DNA of 64,000 bases from Takakia lepidozioides (Eukaryota; Plantae; Bryophyta): the NCBI GenBank assembly GCA_030704615.1, contig CM060734.1, positions 29,140,001 to 29,204,000 of the forward strand, given 5' to 3'. Under the pieces are notes generated by a model that searched no databases, was not told the DNA's origin, and saw only the letters and a list, made by a program, of their open reading frames with translations. The translations under genes and the position numbers were made by a program. This document shows, one piece after another, positions 46,630 through 59,569 of this stretch (the stretch's first letter is position 1; every line of letters begins with the position of its first letter).

Positions 46630-49600
46630 GGTCTCTTCATACACCAGCAGCACAAGAGTTTCTTGAACCTGACTGAAATCATGTGCAACTTAGTGTTATT
46701 CAGCTTGTCACCATTCCAAAGAAAAAAAATGTTGCGAATGAAATCCCTTTCAAAGCATGAATATAATCTAGAGTTCATGGTATGACATATGAAGCAGTGA
46801 ATCAATTGACCGCCAGAAACTGGACCTAGGCCATCTGATCTTCAGTCCAAAAATATGGACGAATTTTTCGAATTATTTGAGCCCACCCACCCTGGAGAAA
46901 TGAAATGGTGCTTTATAACGTCCGAGGGAAGCTCATAGAGCTTATGGGACAAAATAGAAGAAAACATGAGACCAAGAAACCCACAACGGTTGGTTTCACC
47001 TTCAAGTTAGATCAAACCTCACACCTATCAGTTTGGTAAACCATGTGACGCACTGGTTCAAACAAATTTTTAATCTGAGCCAAATGTTAAGGTTGGATTG
47101 CCCTGCTTATAAAATGCAGCACCTTTCAAGACATTGAACTATTGCTCAAGAACTACTGATGCCCACTGCTTTACAGCAAGCATAAAACAGTCGCGACCCT
47201 CCTTTTATGTAGAGGTCTGATTTGAGCTTTTCAACCGAATGACTTTTTGGACGACTTCATCCCCACGTATTTTGCGATTACTTCAAAAGTCAACCTGTAA
47301 CTGAGAAACACAGAGCCTTAACTGCCTTTGAGATCAACGCTGGTTTCAATCTCTGAATACTTTACAAACTGACAAAGCGGTCTCGCTTTAGTCTTTGACG
47401 CAGGGATCCAAATCAGAGAGATTGACAACTGTGGTGCCAGTCGAAATAACACCCAGAGGTAGACGTCATATTTGCGGACTTTTTGAAAGCTATGCCGTGG
47501 GTGCTTCTTTTGCAACAAGGTGGGGATGGAGAGTACATTATTCACTCCTTGACTGAACGCTGTTTCAAAAGTAAGGCTTGGACTAAACATTTGCAAGAGA
47601 AAGAGGACAAACGCTGACAAACAAACCAAGGTTGAAAGTGGAGACCGGCCGACGATATTGAGACATCCAACATCCATAAGAAAGGGAAAGATCATGCCCT
47701 CACTGAACTGCACGAATATCATCGCCTGGCCATGGACCCAGTAACACAGATAACACGTACAGCATGTGAGTGTTTAAAAGAGATATGTAGATACCTACGG
47801 ATGCGCGAGTATATTAAGCAGCTGGGCAGCTAAAAGGCGCATTTGCTACTCAATTGTGGCCTCGTTGATTTTCCCTCCCAACTGCAAACGAAACCTCGAG
47901 CAATCCGTCGTCGTGCGTCAGATGCACCGCCTGCATTTGCTCCTGATTATTGGAGCCTCAAATTCTTGATCACCAATTGGATGTGCTTGAACACACCCCC
48001 CCAAATTCTCATGCCACACTGTCGATCTACCTTTACAATCCACCAGGAAACGATAAAGCTCCTCCCCCTACGCCTTACTTTGCCTTCCGTTCTTCGTTCT
48101 TCTGGAAGGCTGTGCACCTATCCTCCAATGTGCGCGACTGTTGTCAGCCCGGTTGCTTGCATCCCAGTTACGAGACTGTAGAGGTGCCCTATATCCAGTT
48201 CGGATCAGAATCATGCCGGGCAGACCTGCGCTGCCACGATTCCATGAGGGATTTTAAATCCCGGCCGCTCTCTAGGGTTCCGTCTCCGGGATATCCAAAC
48301 CCCCATGCAGATCTCTCATCAAAACATGATTCAGGATCTAGCATCTCAGTATCACATCGCAGCCGCTCAAATAAAGATTCTGTTATCGGTAGCTTTGATG
48401 CCCAATATTGTAAAGAGACCATCGCGGAATGGTTTACAAGGCGTCTATTTTTTGAAAAAAGGATGTCGGACATAGGGTTCGCTACGATATGGGAACACTG
48501 GGCCAGTCTTCCCATTCTCGGACCCAAAAACATATAATATACCAAACGAATCCACCCATCCATATGTTATTGATTTATTTCAATAATTATAAAAAATATT
48601 TTCAAGAGTGCTCTTTGCTCTCCTGGCCGGTCAAACCTCTTTCACCATCACTTACAAGCTTGATTTTGTTGACCGCCCGGCAATGTCACTCCCCCATTAT
48701 ATCTCACCTCGGATCAAGTATATCTCTGTAGCACCTGCATATTCTTGTGCTCAACTCCGACGCCGGGTCATACCATATGCAGGTGTCTTTTTGTGGATGT
48801 TCCTTCTTCCTCCTCTTTCCTAGGGTGCATGTAGACAATTCAAACCGTGGCACGGCAACACTGGCAGCCTCTCATCAAAACTAACTCTCCAGACAAAGAC
48901 TTAAAACATGTGATTGGAACAAAGGAATATCTGAAGCAACAAGGTATCAAGCATTCCAGCATATATTCAGGGCATCTCTGCTCCCTTCCCGGTTAGGAAT
49001 TGCCTGACTAATGCGCCCCAAATTCCAGGTTTTCCAAGTACCCGGGCTTTTTGTGCATCCCACAAAAGATTACTAAATTGGGCTACTTGTACACGCCTTA
49101 TCTTCGTTCATTTGTTGTTGCCGGGCGCATTGCAAGGGCACCTTGACGGATAACACCCTTCCGGAGTTTAGCGTGAATCTACTTACACTGAGCCGGCTTC
49201 GAGTTTTCACCGCCCCAACGAATCCTCCAGACTACAATCCACGCATGCTGATGGCACTACATTACCTGTTGGTACCATGTCAGCTCAGCCAGAGCATGAG
49301 AAATAGCCGGCGGGAGCACAATTCGTGGTTATAGGGGTAATATGTTTGCAAACGGAAGTACAAGCCATAAGTGGACATAGGGTACTGATGCGTTAATAGG
49401 GTGAGTTATGGTATTTTAAACAGAGATAAACCTTTACTTAGAATTTTGGAAATGCGAAAAAGTTCATGGCTTCTTGAGGTTACTTTTCCCTCCTCTAATG
49501 CAATTGGCTCTCATTTTAAATTAATTGGGTCTTTAATGCGCTGGTGGGACCCGCTAATACTGGGCTGCGAGGGTCACCTGCAAGGCCAGGTACCCTGGCT

Positions 49601-51778
49601 TGTACCCGTCTCCAAAAAATAAAAATAAAATAAAAACCTTCATTGAGTTTTATGCACTTTCATTGACGGAAAATGAAAGTGAGAAAATCCATAAAATAGT
49701 TTCAGTTCATTCCAAATTTTCTTTTTTTTTCTGGATGAATATCTCATGCAAAGAAGTTAGATCGAAAATCCAGTTGTAAAGCACTACTCAAAAATTTTAC
49801 CCGGATTGCGAAAATGCCCGGGTCTGAGGGCTGTAATCCACCGCAGAAGCGTCGTGCATGATGCTTGGGGAGGTCGCACTTTTTACAAAGGGGAAGTTTC
49901 GAGCAGCCCTTCATGCTCTTGGAGGCCAATTTGCCCGCGGCCCTTCAAATCAGGGCTATTTGTACTGCAGAAAAAAGGAGTATTAACAGAGCGCCAAAGA
50001 AAAAACCTGCCCTAGGGGGTGGTTCCCCGCTATTTGAAGCCTTCACAATCCCTTAAGTGGTTATTTTTTCTCTTCATGCCCCCTCTCTCATTTTTTTTCT
50101 TTTTTCTCTTTTCTTTTTTCTTTTAAGGAAACTGAGGGGAGGAAGCCCTTGAGAGCTACATTGAAGGTTATTGAATGGAAAAAAATTAAAAACCCTTAGA
50201 GGCGCGAAGGCTGCCATGAGGCCTACACACACCGGAACCGGGAGACGGAGACCGTGACGGAAAGCCACAAGCAGTGAGAAACTCGAGAAGCATGTCTCCT
50301 TTTCCCAACAAAACAAAAACAAAAAACCCCATAGACCAGCTATCATTAGGTAATCCTTGATCCAAATAAATACGTTAAGTACTAAGTAATTATTGATGAA
50401 GGCTGTCAGAGGGCACACATAAACTTGGCCCTGCATTTCGACAGGTGGGGCCGCCCCACCCTAAGCACGCTTGGAACAGACAACAGACCCGGCTGACTAA
50501 CCCGCGCGTGGTTACCTTAACTACTACTATATGTATAATACCCTCCTGCGGCGTGCGATCCACGTGACCCCCTTCAATGAATCTGTAGAGCTCCAATCCC
50601 GATGTATCCCTGGGCCTCAACGTGGAATCTCCGTACATATGTATACGTCACGCGGGGATATACGATGGGATCTGGTATCTCTGCGGTTCCCCAGATTCTA
50701 GCCCCACGTGGCGCCCTTTTGGCCATCGACGGGCTATTTCTCCCACACCCCTCCCAACAAATTGGAGCTCATCAGAAATGTTTTATTGGCTTCTCCCGGT
50801 AGAGACCACGCATTGGTGCCAAAAATGAGTAAGATCCTGATATACCTCCACTAGATAATACCTACATGAAGCACATAATCCTCCCCCACTCAAATGCTAA
50901 CTCGAATGTACCTTGATTGGATAAGACCCATAAGTGAATGAATGAATGTTTAGGATGAATTACGATGGATGAGTGAATGAATGGATGAATGAATGTGCTC
51001 GAGTTTAGGGTTGTTAGGTCGCAGTGTTGCAGGGGCTGGGACTAAGTGTTTTTTGGGGTTTGCGTCTTCCTAGTGCCAAAGCACGGTAGATGGTCTTGTT
51101 GATCTGCAGGATGTGCATAGCTTGGGTGGACAGCCGCAATCGCAAGGTGTGGCTTTTCCTTAGTACGATGTGAAGAAGTTTGTCCATCTTGCAAAGGTGG
51201 GCTCTTGGCTCCTGTTAGTACCATGATTTGGCATTCTTCCTGATGTTTACAAGGTTCTTGGGAGAGTCGGGTTGGTCTAGCAGGTTGTGTTTCAATCTCT
51301 GCCCGCTCAGCTGCACCGTGGTGGTTCTCACAGACCAATCCGACATTACCTGACTACAGACACAAGCAGCACACACAAGAGGTGGTCAGTCAAATCCTCA
51401 ATGGATCATGACACAAGGTCAAGGACAATGTGGTGAGGGCACCTTCTTCTTCGACCTATTTCAGCCTGTACTGCCCTCTCATCAGACTTAGCCCTAAATT
51501 TGCAGCACGGAGCAGAGCTGGCATGAGTTTTGTAAAGATCCTTCACGATGGTGGGACAACCGCAATTGCAAGGTGAGGCTTTTCCTTAATGTAAGATTGG
51601 GGCGTTTGCTAGAACAAATGTAGGCTGTTATTGTCAGTTGCTAGCAGCAATGCAAGGACGTATGCATGATTTGTGCAGAGCATAGAGTTTGGGTCCAGAT
51701 TCATCCAAGAGGGCCGGATTTCAAGCTCAAGATTACCTATGATACCATGTGGATCCATTGCTGCAAAAAACCTACATG

Positions 51779-53529
51779 CACTACAGCAAATGGTGGGGGT
51801 TTGCGACACCAGCCCCGCCCCCATGCCCCGCGCGGCGCGAGCGTGCGACGCCAACCCACAGCACCTTTTTGCGACGTCGGGCCGTCGCAAACAGACCCCG
51901 CGGGTCGTCACCTAGCGCCGGGGCCAGGCGGCGATGCCCGGCCGTCACACGGGCGCATGAAGGGCAGAAGGCAGCCCTTTCTAGCGACGGCAAGCGTCGC
52001 AAGCGGAAAAATGCAACCTTTTCTTGCCCTTTTTTTCATCGCAGCCCTTTCTTGCGACGTCAGGCCGTCGCATGGTGGCATGAAGGGCAAAAGGCCCCTG
52101 CGACGGCCGGGCGTCGCAAACAGGGGCTGCCCTTTTCTTTCAAAACAAAAAAAAAAACAAGTCGCAGCCTGCGACGGCGGTCCGTCGCCGCTTGCGACCC
52201 CCGGCCTCACAAATCCAAAAGAATGTGACGCGTTGGTGTCGCAGGCAACGACAGCAGGGCTTTGTAGGTTTAGGTTTAGGGCCTTTGTGGGTTCTTAGTT
52301 TTTTTTTTGTTTTTTTTTCATATGGTACTAGGGTAGGGTGTTTGTTTTTCTTTATGGTGTAGCTTGTTGTTGTGGATCTTCTTGTAGATTGTGACATTCA
52401 TTTTGATAATTCTCTTGACACCACTTCTGTATGTGTTGCTCCAACATATTCATTGCTTCTGCCTTCTTTCTTGAAAGACTACCAGCCACAGCCATATTTG
52501 ATCAATCACATAACTAAGCTACAATATGCATGTGCATGTACAATCAATCGAAGGGATGGGTACAGTTCGGTGCGAGAATTATTATGTAGCTTTGATTACG
52601 TATCTAATCAACTTGAACATCATCATCCGGAGCTTCTTCATCCTCATCAAGTTGTAAATCTTCTTGGTCATCGGAGTTATCGTAATAAATGGCCCGGCCC
52701 TCAAAAGGCACCTCCGAATCATCCTCCACCTCGTTGTCAATGTCGTGCCTTCATCTCCTTGTCCAACATCCGTATCTTCTGGAGCTTCATCATATAGGGT
52801 CCGGGATGCATTCTCCGGGGCGTCATCATCCTTTTCTACCCCCTCTACCCAAGCTCCATCATCACCATCATTATGACTTGTCTCTCCTTCCACCGCAATT
52901 GCCTCACCCCATGGAGATCCGAGACCATGATAGATACGTCTTCCTCTTGGCTGAGCATACACAACCACCTTCCAATTTCCCCTTCTTGTTTTGTCATCGG
53001 AGAAGAAAATTTGTTCCATGTCTGAAGGCCATGAAAAAAGGCTCATTGGAGGGACGATGAGTAGGGTTGAGCCTATCTGCATTGACGCATATGAAACCAC
53101 AATCATCTTGCACTAGTGTTGCGGAGGGCCCCACAAGATGTGGCTGGAACCACCTTCCCTTGAAGAGAAGAGGCTGGTACCTTGTATACTGAAGTTGGAG
53201 TATGCTCTCAAGCTCTCCAATGTACTCAAGTTTGCTCATAGCAGGTCGTGTATTCTCCTTGCCCCCACGGAGTCTTGCCAATATGTGGCACACAAGCCAG
53301 AATCAAAGGTTGTTTTGCGCTTCATGTCAAGAGCACGAATGCGGAAATGACGACTGTCGTGCACCTAAGCATCGTGCCACAACATACATCGTTGTCCACC
53401 ACACAATCTAAGCACACGATCCTAGAAAGCTATACCACAATGATAAGAGATGAGAAATGAGAGAAGTAGAAGACAATGAAAGCTCTCAAAGCATAAAGCA
53501 ATCACATGAAGAACAAGCCCTAGTCCTTC
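51779..53529 (-). mobile_element. CACTA (En/Spm) transposon end with transposase C-terminal (DUF4216-like) remnant
   Basis: Terminus CACTACAGCAAA at 51779; many direct and inverted TGCGACG/CGTCGCA subterminal motifs to ~52250; YIGELESILQLQY...LFKGRWF...DDCGF...NEPFF...QIFFSDD...WKVV. Confidence 0.85.
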
Positions 53530-56500
53530 CAGCTCACATACACGTGCCCACACGTCCGGATCATCAAGGTTAAGAACTGTAGCAGCTTCTCTGCGAATGG
53601 ATGTAGGCAAATCCGACTCTCGGCCAAGAGAAGAAAGTATGGTGAGAAGGAGGCAAGTGATGCTTGCTTGCTTGCTGAACCTGTAGCCCATGGCTAAACC
53701 AGGGTAACTGAAGGTCCCAATCTCCTAGGTGTCCCTTCTGCAAGCCATACTTGCGCAAACCCCTCTTTATTGTCTGAACAACTCTCTCTGCCAAGCCATC
53801 GGCCTCAGGATGATCCCAAGAAGTGGTGCGGTGGTCTATCAAGGCCTTGTCACACAAAGCCTGAAATTCCCCCAAGAACTCTCTCCCTTGGTCCGTGAGT
53901 ACCTCAGCTGGAGCACCGAATCGGCTAAGCACACAATCCAAGAATGCATACGCAGCTCCCTCACTAGCCTTATCAGGCAATGGAACCAATTCAATCCACT
54001 TGGAGAAGTGCTCCACCATCACCAACACGTACTTGTTGTGGCGCATGGTCAGTGGCAACGGCCCTGCGAAGTCAAGACTCCACCTGTAGCCCAATCCCAT
54101 GATCGGAAGAGGGTGCAATTGTAGAGTAGGGGCGTTGAATGAAGCACGCACCCTGTCACTCACCATGCACCTAGTCACAAATTGTTGCACCTTTGTGTGC
54201 ATACCACGCCACCGATACTGCCCCTGCAGTAGACTATGAGTGCGTCGCACCCCAAAATGCCCCAACTCCTCATGGGCATTGCCGCACTAACCGTGCCCGC
54301 TGTGTTGGGTGAGGCACAATCCTCACTCAACCATCCTCCCACACTCGGAGCAGGTGTGTCCCCTCCCACTTGAACCTCTTGGCTCGTTGTAGGATCCAAT
54401 CCCTCTCATTGGCAGTCATAGTGGCTGTAGTGTCTCCAGTGCGGAGGTAGTCCAACACAACTGAATCCTCATGTAATCTTTGGCGCCACCTTGCTCATTG
54501 CTGGCCTCAGGGTCCTCAGACACTTGATCTACAGTCATCCCTGTTGCAGGTCCAACCTGGCCTTCCGCTGCCAGATACACAGAAATGCAGATGCATGCCA
54601 TCCGGGCACCATCTCCTCATCCGTCTCACCATGCCACCGAGCTCCAGTGTCATCCTGCTGGCTCGTGCATGGATTGCGACTCAACCCATCTGCTTTGCGA
54701 TTGACCAACCCGGTCGATGCACCACCTGAAAGTCATACTCTTGAAGGATGAGTGCCCACCATGCAAGCTTCCCCGTAAGCTTGTCTGATTCCATCAACCA
54801 CTTGAGTGGTTGGTGATCCGTGACAAGGGTGAAGAGATTGCCGTATAGATAGCACCTGAAGTGTGTCACGGCCCACACTGCAGCTAAGCATTCTCCCTCA
54901 TATGAGCTATACTTAGACTCTGCAACGTTGTTCGAGCGGCTAGCATAAGCCACTACGAACTCTCTTCCCTCATCATCCACCTGTGTGAGCACCGCTCCAA
55001 GCCCCAGCATGCTCCAATCTGTATGCAGCTGAAAAGGACGCCCCCTGATAGGTCGTCTCAAGATAGGCGCCGAGGTCAACCTCGCCTTGAGCTCTTGAAA
55101 AGCTTGTTCTTGCTCATCTTCCCACTGCCACTCCTGGTCCACCTTGGTCAGCTTGGTTAGAGCCTTTGCAATGGCACTAAATCCCTTAACAAACCGTCTA
55201 TAATAGTTTGCTAACCCCATGAAAGCTCGAACTCGGCTCACATCCGTGGGGCGTGGAACCTGTGCAATGGACTCTACCTTAGTCTGTTGTACCCCCAATC
55301 CTCCAGGATATATCATGTGACCCAAATACTCAATCTGGTTGTGGAAAAACTTGCACTTTCCCGGATGTAACTTCAATCCGTGCGCCCTCAAGCGCTCAAT
55401 ACCCCTGAAGGTGTCTCTCATGCTCTTCCACCGTAGCACTAAAGATGATGATGTCATCTATGTAGCACCGAGCAAACTCCACCCCTGCTAGAATCCTGTC
55501 CATGACTCTCTGAAACTCTGCCGGAGCGTTCTTAAGCCCAAATGGTAAGAACCGCCACTGGTATAGGCAATCCTTCCCGTGCTCATTGTTCCCCCAGAAT
55601 GCCGTCTTTGCTTATCCGCCTCCTTGATCAGCAACTAGTGATATCCGGATCGTAAATCCAACGTGCTAAGACCTTGGCATGCCCAATGGCATCAAAGATC
55701 TCCTCTGGTGTTGGCATGGCATACCTATCGGACTTGTTCTGACGATTTACAGGCCGGTAATCACCGCACATACGTCTCTCCGTCCAATTGCCAAGACATC
55801 CTTCTTGGCTGGCATCACTGTGGCTGAAGCATACTCTCCCCCAGATAGCTCCACCAAACCAGCCTCCCAAAGGTCCTGAGTTCTCATCTGAATCAAGGAC
55901 CTCTCCATGTCACTGTATCTATAGGGTCTCCGAAAGATTGGCGTGTCAGTAGCCAATTCAATGCGAATCTCTTGACCCTTCAGTGCTCCTAAGTCCTTCA
56001 AACTGAAGGCAAAGCAGTTCCTGTAAGCCCTCAAGAACCGCCGTATACGTCGTCTCTCTCCTCCGGTGACTATAGGTCCAACATCAGGCTCCCAGTTGTC
56101 CTCCGTGACTGCAACCTTGAGTCCAACAGGCTTAGAGGTAGAAGACGCGTCCCGTGGTGCTATGCTGCAACCTCTTGAGCAATGACCACTGCCTCCTCTG
56201 TCAGTGACAATGTCTCATCCTGCCCCATCATCCCATCCTTGAAGACCTCCTCAATCCGAGAAAAATCCCCAACCTGATCCATCACCGCCGCCTTGGCTGC
56301 CAACTCCTTCTGAACCTCGAGCACCTCCCACGTGTGCCATGGATGCGGCCTGCACCTCGTGGTCCTCACCTGCTCGCCCCCACTCGCTGCCTGTACCGTC
56401 TCGCTAGGCAGGGAGACCATGAAGGGAAGAGTACTCCGTACTCTGCGCTGCTCAGCCATAGCCAAGCTGATAATCCAGGTCAAGCAATTGAGATCCATTG

Positions 56501-59500
56501 CTTGCCCCAACACCTGACGATGTGATGCCTCAGAAAGAGATGGCACCGCCGTGGTACCTGTGGTAGAACCCATCGCCCGCTCGCGCTCGTCAGCATTGGG
56601 CTCCACTATTGTTGCAACTGGCTATCCCACAAGAGGCCAAGTCCACCATCCCGAAAAGCATGGGATCCTCGGAAGCTGAGCAGTGTAGGTAATGTTGCTC
56701 GTGGTTGACCCACCCTGTTGACCACTGCCAAAGGCGAACGGTCATCGTGTCTCACACGTTGAGACTGCCTCCCTGTGTCCAAAATACTATCCACTGTGAG
56801 GTGTGCTGGCCGCTGCACCCCATCAAATGCACGCTTGAGCAGTGCGGGTGGCATCAAGTTAGTCCACCATAGCCGTGGACGATGAGCCCATGACCCCACT
56901 ACAGCTGCATCCAGCAACACTGCTGATCCAAGCCACGACCGGACTTGATGCACACTGGCCATCACCCTGGCCCGAGAATCACCCATCAGTGGCACATTCT
57001 CCAAGATGTATGCTGGAGATACAGCTTGATGAAGCTGCAAGTGGCGCAAAATCCGCACCATCTCCCAAAACAGACCCGTCCTCGAGTCTCGCAATCCATT
57101 GCCATGCCCGGCTGATGAATGCCCTTGGCAGGGCCAACCTGCCACTACCAGATCAATGGAGCCAACCCGCTCCAAATCCTGCGCCGCGCCCCCAGCAACG
57201 AAATGTCGGCTGGCAAGGCTTGTTGGTATCCACGAACTGCAGACACTGACAACAAATCAGGGTACTGCTGTACCAACTGAGCAAAATGGCGCAGTGAGAT
57301 GCGTCGTGCAGTCTCATCCCTCTCCACATACAGGTAACGTCGAACTCGTACACCTGCCTGTAGTACTGCAGCCAATCCAGTGCTGATCCCGCCAAACAAG
57401 TCCAGAAGGCATATGCCTTCATCCGGGCACTGCCACACAAGAGGTGTGGTGTCCAATGGCGACAATTGAGGTGGTCCTGGTGCAATCACCGCACTCTCCT
57501 CTTCTCTTGACGGTACGAAGGCCTCTACCCAGGCTTGTTGTACCCGTTCATCAGCAGCCTGCTGCAAATCCTTGCTCGTACCCCATAATGGAGTGTGAGC
57601 AACCATGGCAGGCAACTCCGCCGTACCATGCATGTCATCCTGCTCTGCTGGAGGTGGCACATCCTCTGCATGGGCATTGCCTTCCAGCAACTCTCCAGGC
57701 CAACTAACTGCAGCTGTAAAGGCGGCTAGTATTGGCATCTTGCCCCGCTGGGCAGCCGCAATACCCCCAATGAATGTCACAGGGAGCTGTGCATGACGAC
57801 CATCCCCTGACTGCCATCTAGGCCTGTAGGATGCTGACTCCTCCCAAAAGTCCAGGGTGAAGCCCATGGGATATAACACTGCCCCACCAACAAGGACATT
57901 GTAAGAGACCGCGTCTGTCACAATGGCCTTGGCTCACATCACTGAGCCATCTACAGGATGATCTGGTTGTAGTCCAATGGCCAACTCACGCCGTGTCATG
58001 CCTCGAGCCTGCTCTGATCCTCCCAGAGATGTCTGTATCTGGAAAGGACAAGGCTCCATATCCGCCTCCATGAGGCCCAAACCTGCAATAGCAACTCTGC
58101 CCAACATCAGTGGCTAAGCTCCTGAGTCCAACAAGACCCGCAGTGGCCGGTACTTCTTGCCTGCCGGTCCACTCAAAGTGAAAATGCCTCCCTGATTGTC
58201 TAACAAGACAACTCCAGGTGTCACCATGGCGCGCTCAAAGGCTGGCCTAGCTGGCAGCTCCATCAACCTGGCAGCTGCAGCTTGCCATGGCGCAGCCGTG
58301 GCAGTCTTGACCCTCAAATCCGAGGATCCCTCTGCCACTACACCTTCCAGTAACTTCGCAGAAGATGAAGTGACCTCCCCACTCTCGCAGAGTGTTGTTG
58401 CTAGTCTGAACACTGCAGCTGGTCTTACCCCCGGCGTCGCAATCATGGTTGCCGAGAACAGTGGGGCTTGACACACAGAGGTGGCTGCCCCCAATAACAC
58501 ACCGGCTGCACTAGCCTTGGTAGCAGGTGTCAGTGCTACACGTGTAGCTCTCCCCAATGGCATAGTAACCTCCGCCTCGGTAACAGTCGGGCGAAAACTA
58601 GGTGCCATGGATGGCGTCGACACTGTCTCCGCCAATGTGAATGACTGAGGAAGCCTCGCCTGACGGCTTGCTTCCCCACGCTGTGGATCCAATTCCACCT
58701 CTGCACCTCGTGGCTCACGAACTCGTGCTGCTCCTCGAGTCACGGCTGCAGCAGACTCCACCTGCTCTAGTGGTAGTACTGCTCCGCACATGAATCCCAT
58801 GCCTCCCATATCTCCTCCCTCAGGAGCAGGAGGTGGACCATCCCGCCTGGGAGCCGGTACCACCTGAGCTGTAGCCATGGCAGCGAGCCTCTACTCTAGC
58901 TGCTGAAGCCGGTTGGCCAAGTCTTGGTCAACACCCTGACCTCCGCGTCCTTGGCCATGTTGAGCTTGCCCTTGGCCTGCACCTCGTGCCCGACCACCTC
59001 GTCCTCTCTGGGCTGGTCCACCTCGCCCCCAGCCACCATTGTTCCCTTGGAACTGGCCTGGGCGCAACTCAGGGTGCAAGTCATAACACTGGGCATCTCC
59101 ATGCCCATACTTGCCACAATGCCCACACTGCAACTGTGCAGGTTGTGCTTGTGCCGGCCTTCTACCACTCTCTGGGCAATCTCTCTTGACATGGGGTCCT
59201 CCACATGTCCAACATATCACCCTTGGTTGCTGTTGGCCTGCAAAAGATGCCACGGGCCTCTGCACCTGAGGTCCCCTATAAGCTCCATGGAACTTGGGTT
59301 GGGTAACCTTGCCCCCCTAACCACGCTGTTGGGCAGTCCCTTGTACCTGTTGGCTGGCAGCTGCACCTCGTGCAGGCATGTCCTTGCCAAATCCAATGGT
59401 AACAACTCGCTCCTCCACCATGTTGAGCTCAATCCGCTCAGCCAGCAGAAACACATCCGCTAATGTGGGTTGGGCCGCTTGTAACAGGGTTGCATCCCGC

Positions 59501-59569
59501 ACCCTTCTCTTGAGCTCCTTGTCCAAAATTCCATACCAGAACTGGACTGCCTGAGCTTCAGTAACCCAA
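53530..59569 (-). mobile_element. DNMT-carrying Ty3/Gypsy retrotransposon, copy B (both ends interrupted)
   Basis: gag with knuckles CWTCGGPHVKRDC and CGHCGKYGHGDAQC (58891-59265), protease VLLDSGA (~58120), DNMT (~56480-57420), RT (YIDD at ~55455), RNaseH, integrase (53570-54265). Confidence 0.93.
56470..57420 (-). pseudogene. DNMT3-like C5 methyltransferase domain, copy B (two small frameshifts)
   Basis: Motif I-II LLDLFGGISTGLAAVLQAGVRVRRYLYVE, IV GWPCQGHS, VI ENV, VIII HRPRLWW, IX ERERAMG, X LGQAM. Confidence 0.92.

Noticed and set aside
47950-49350. 195-aa ORF and faint LINE zinc-finger-like words upstream of the GARP gene
   Set aside because: No recognisable domain or splice structure that I can support.
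50390-51700. Possible LTR-element remnant (purine tract near 50880, 35-bp repeat at ~51132 and ~51558)
   Set aside because: No coding motif, paired LTR or TSD found.
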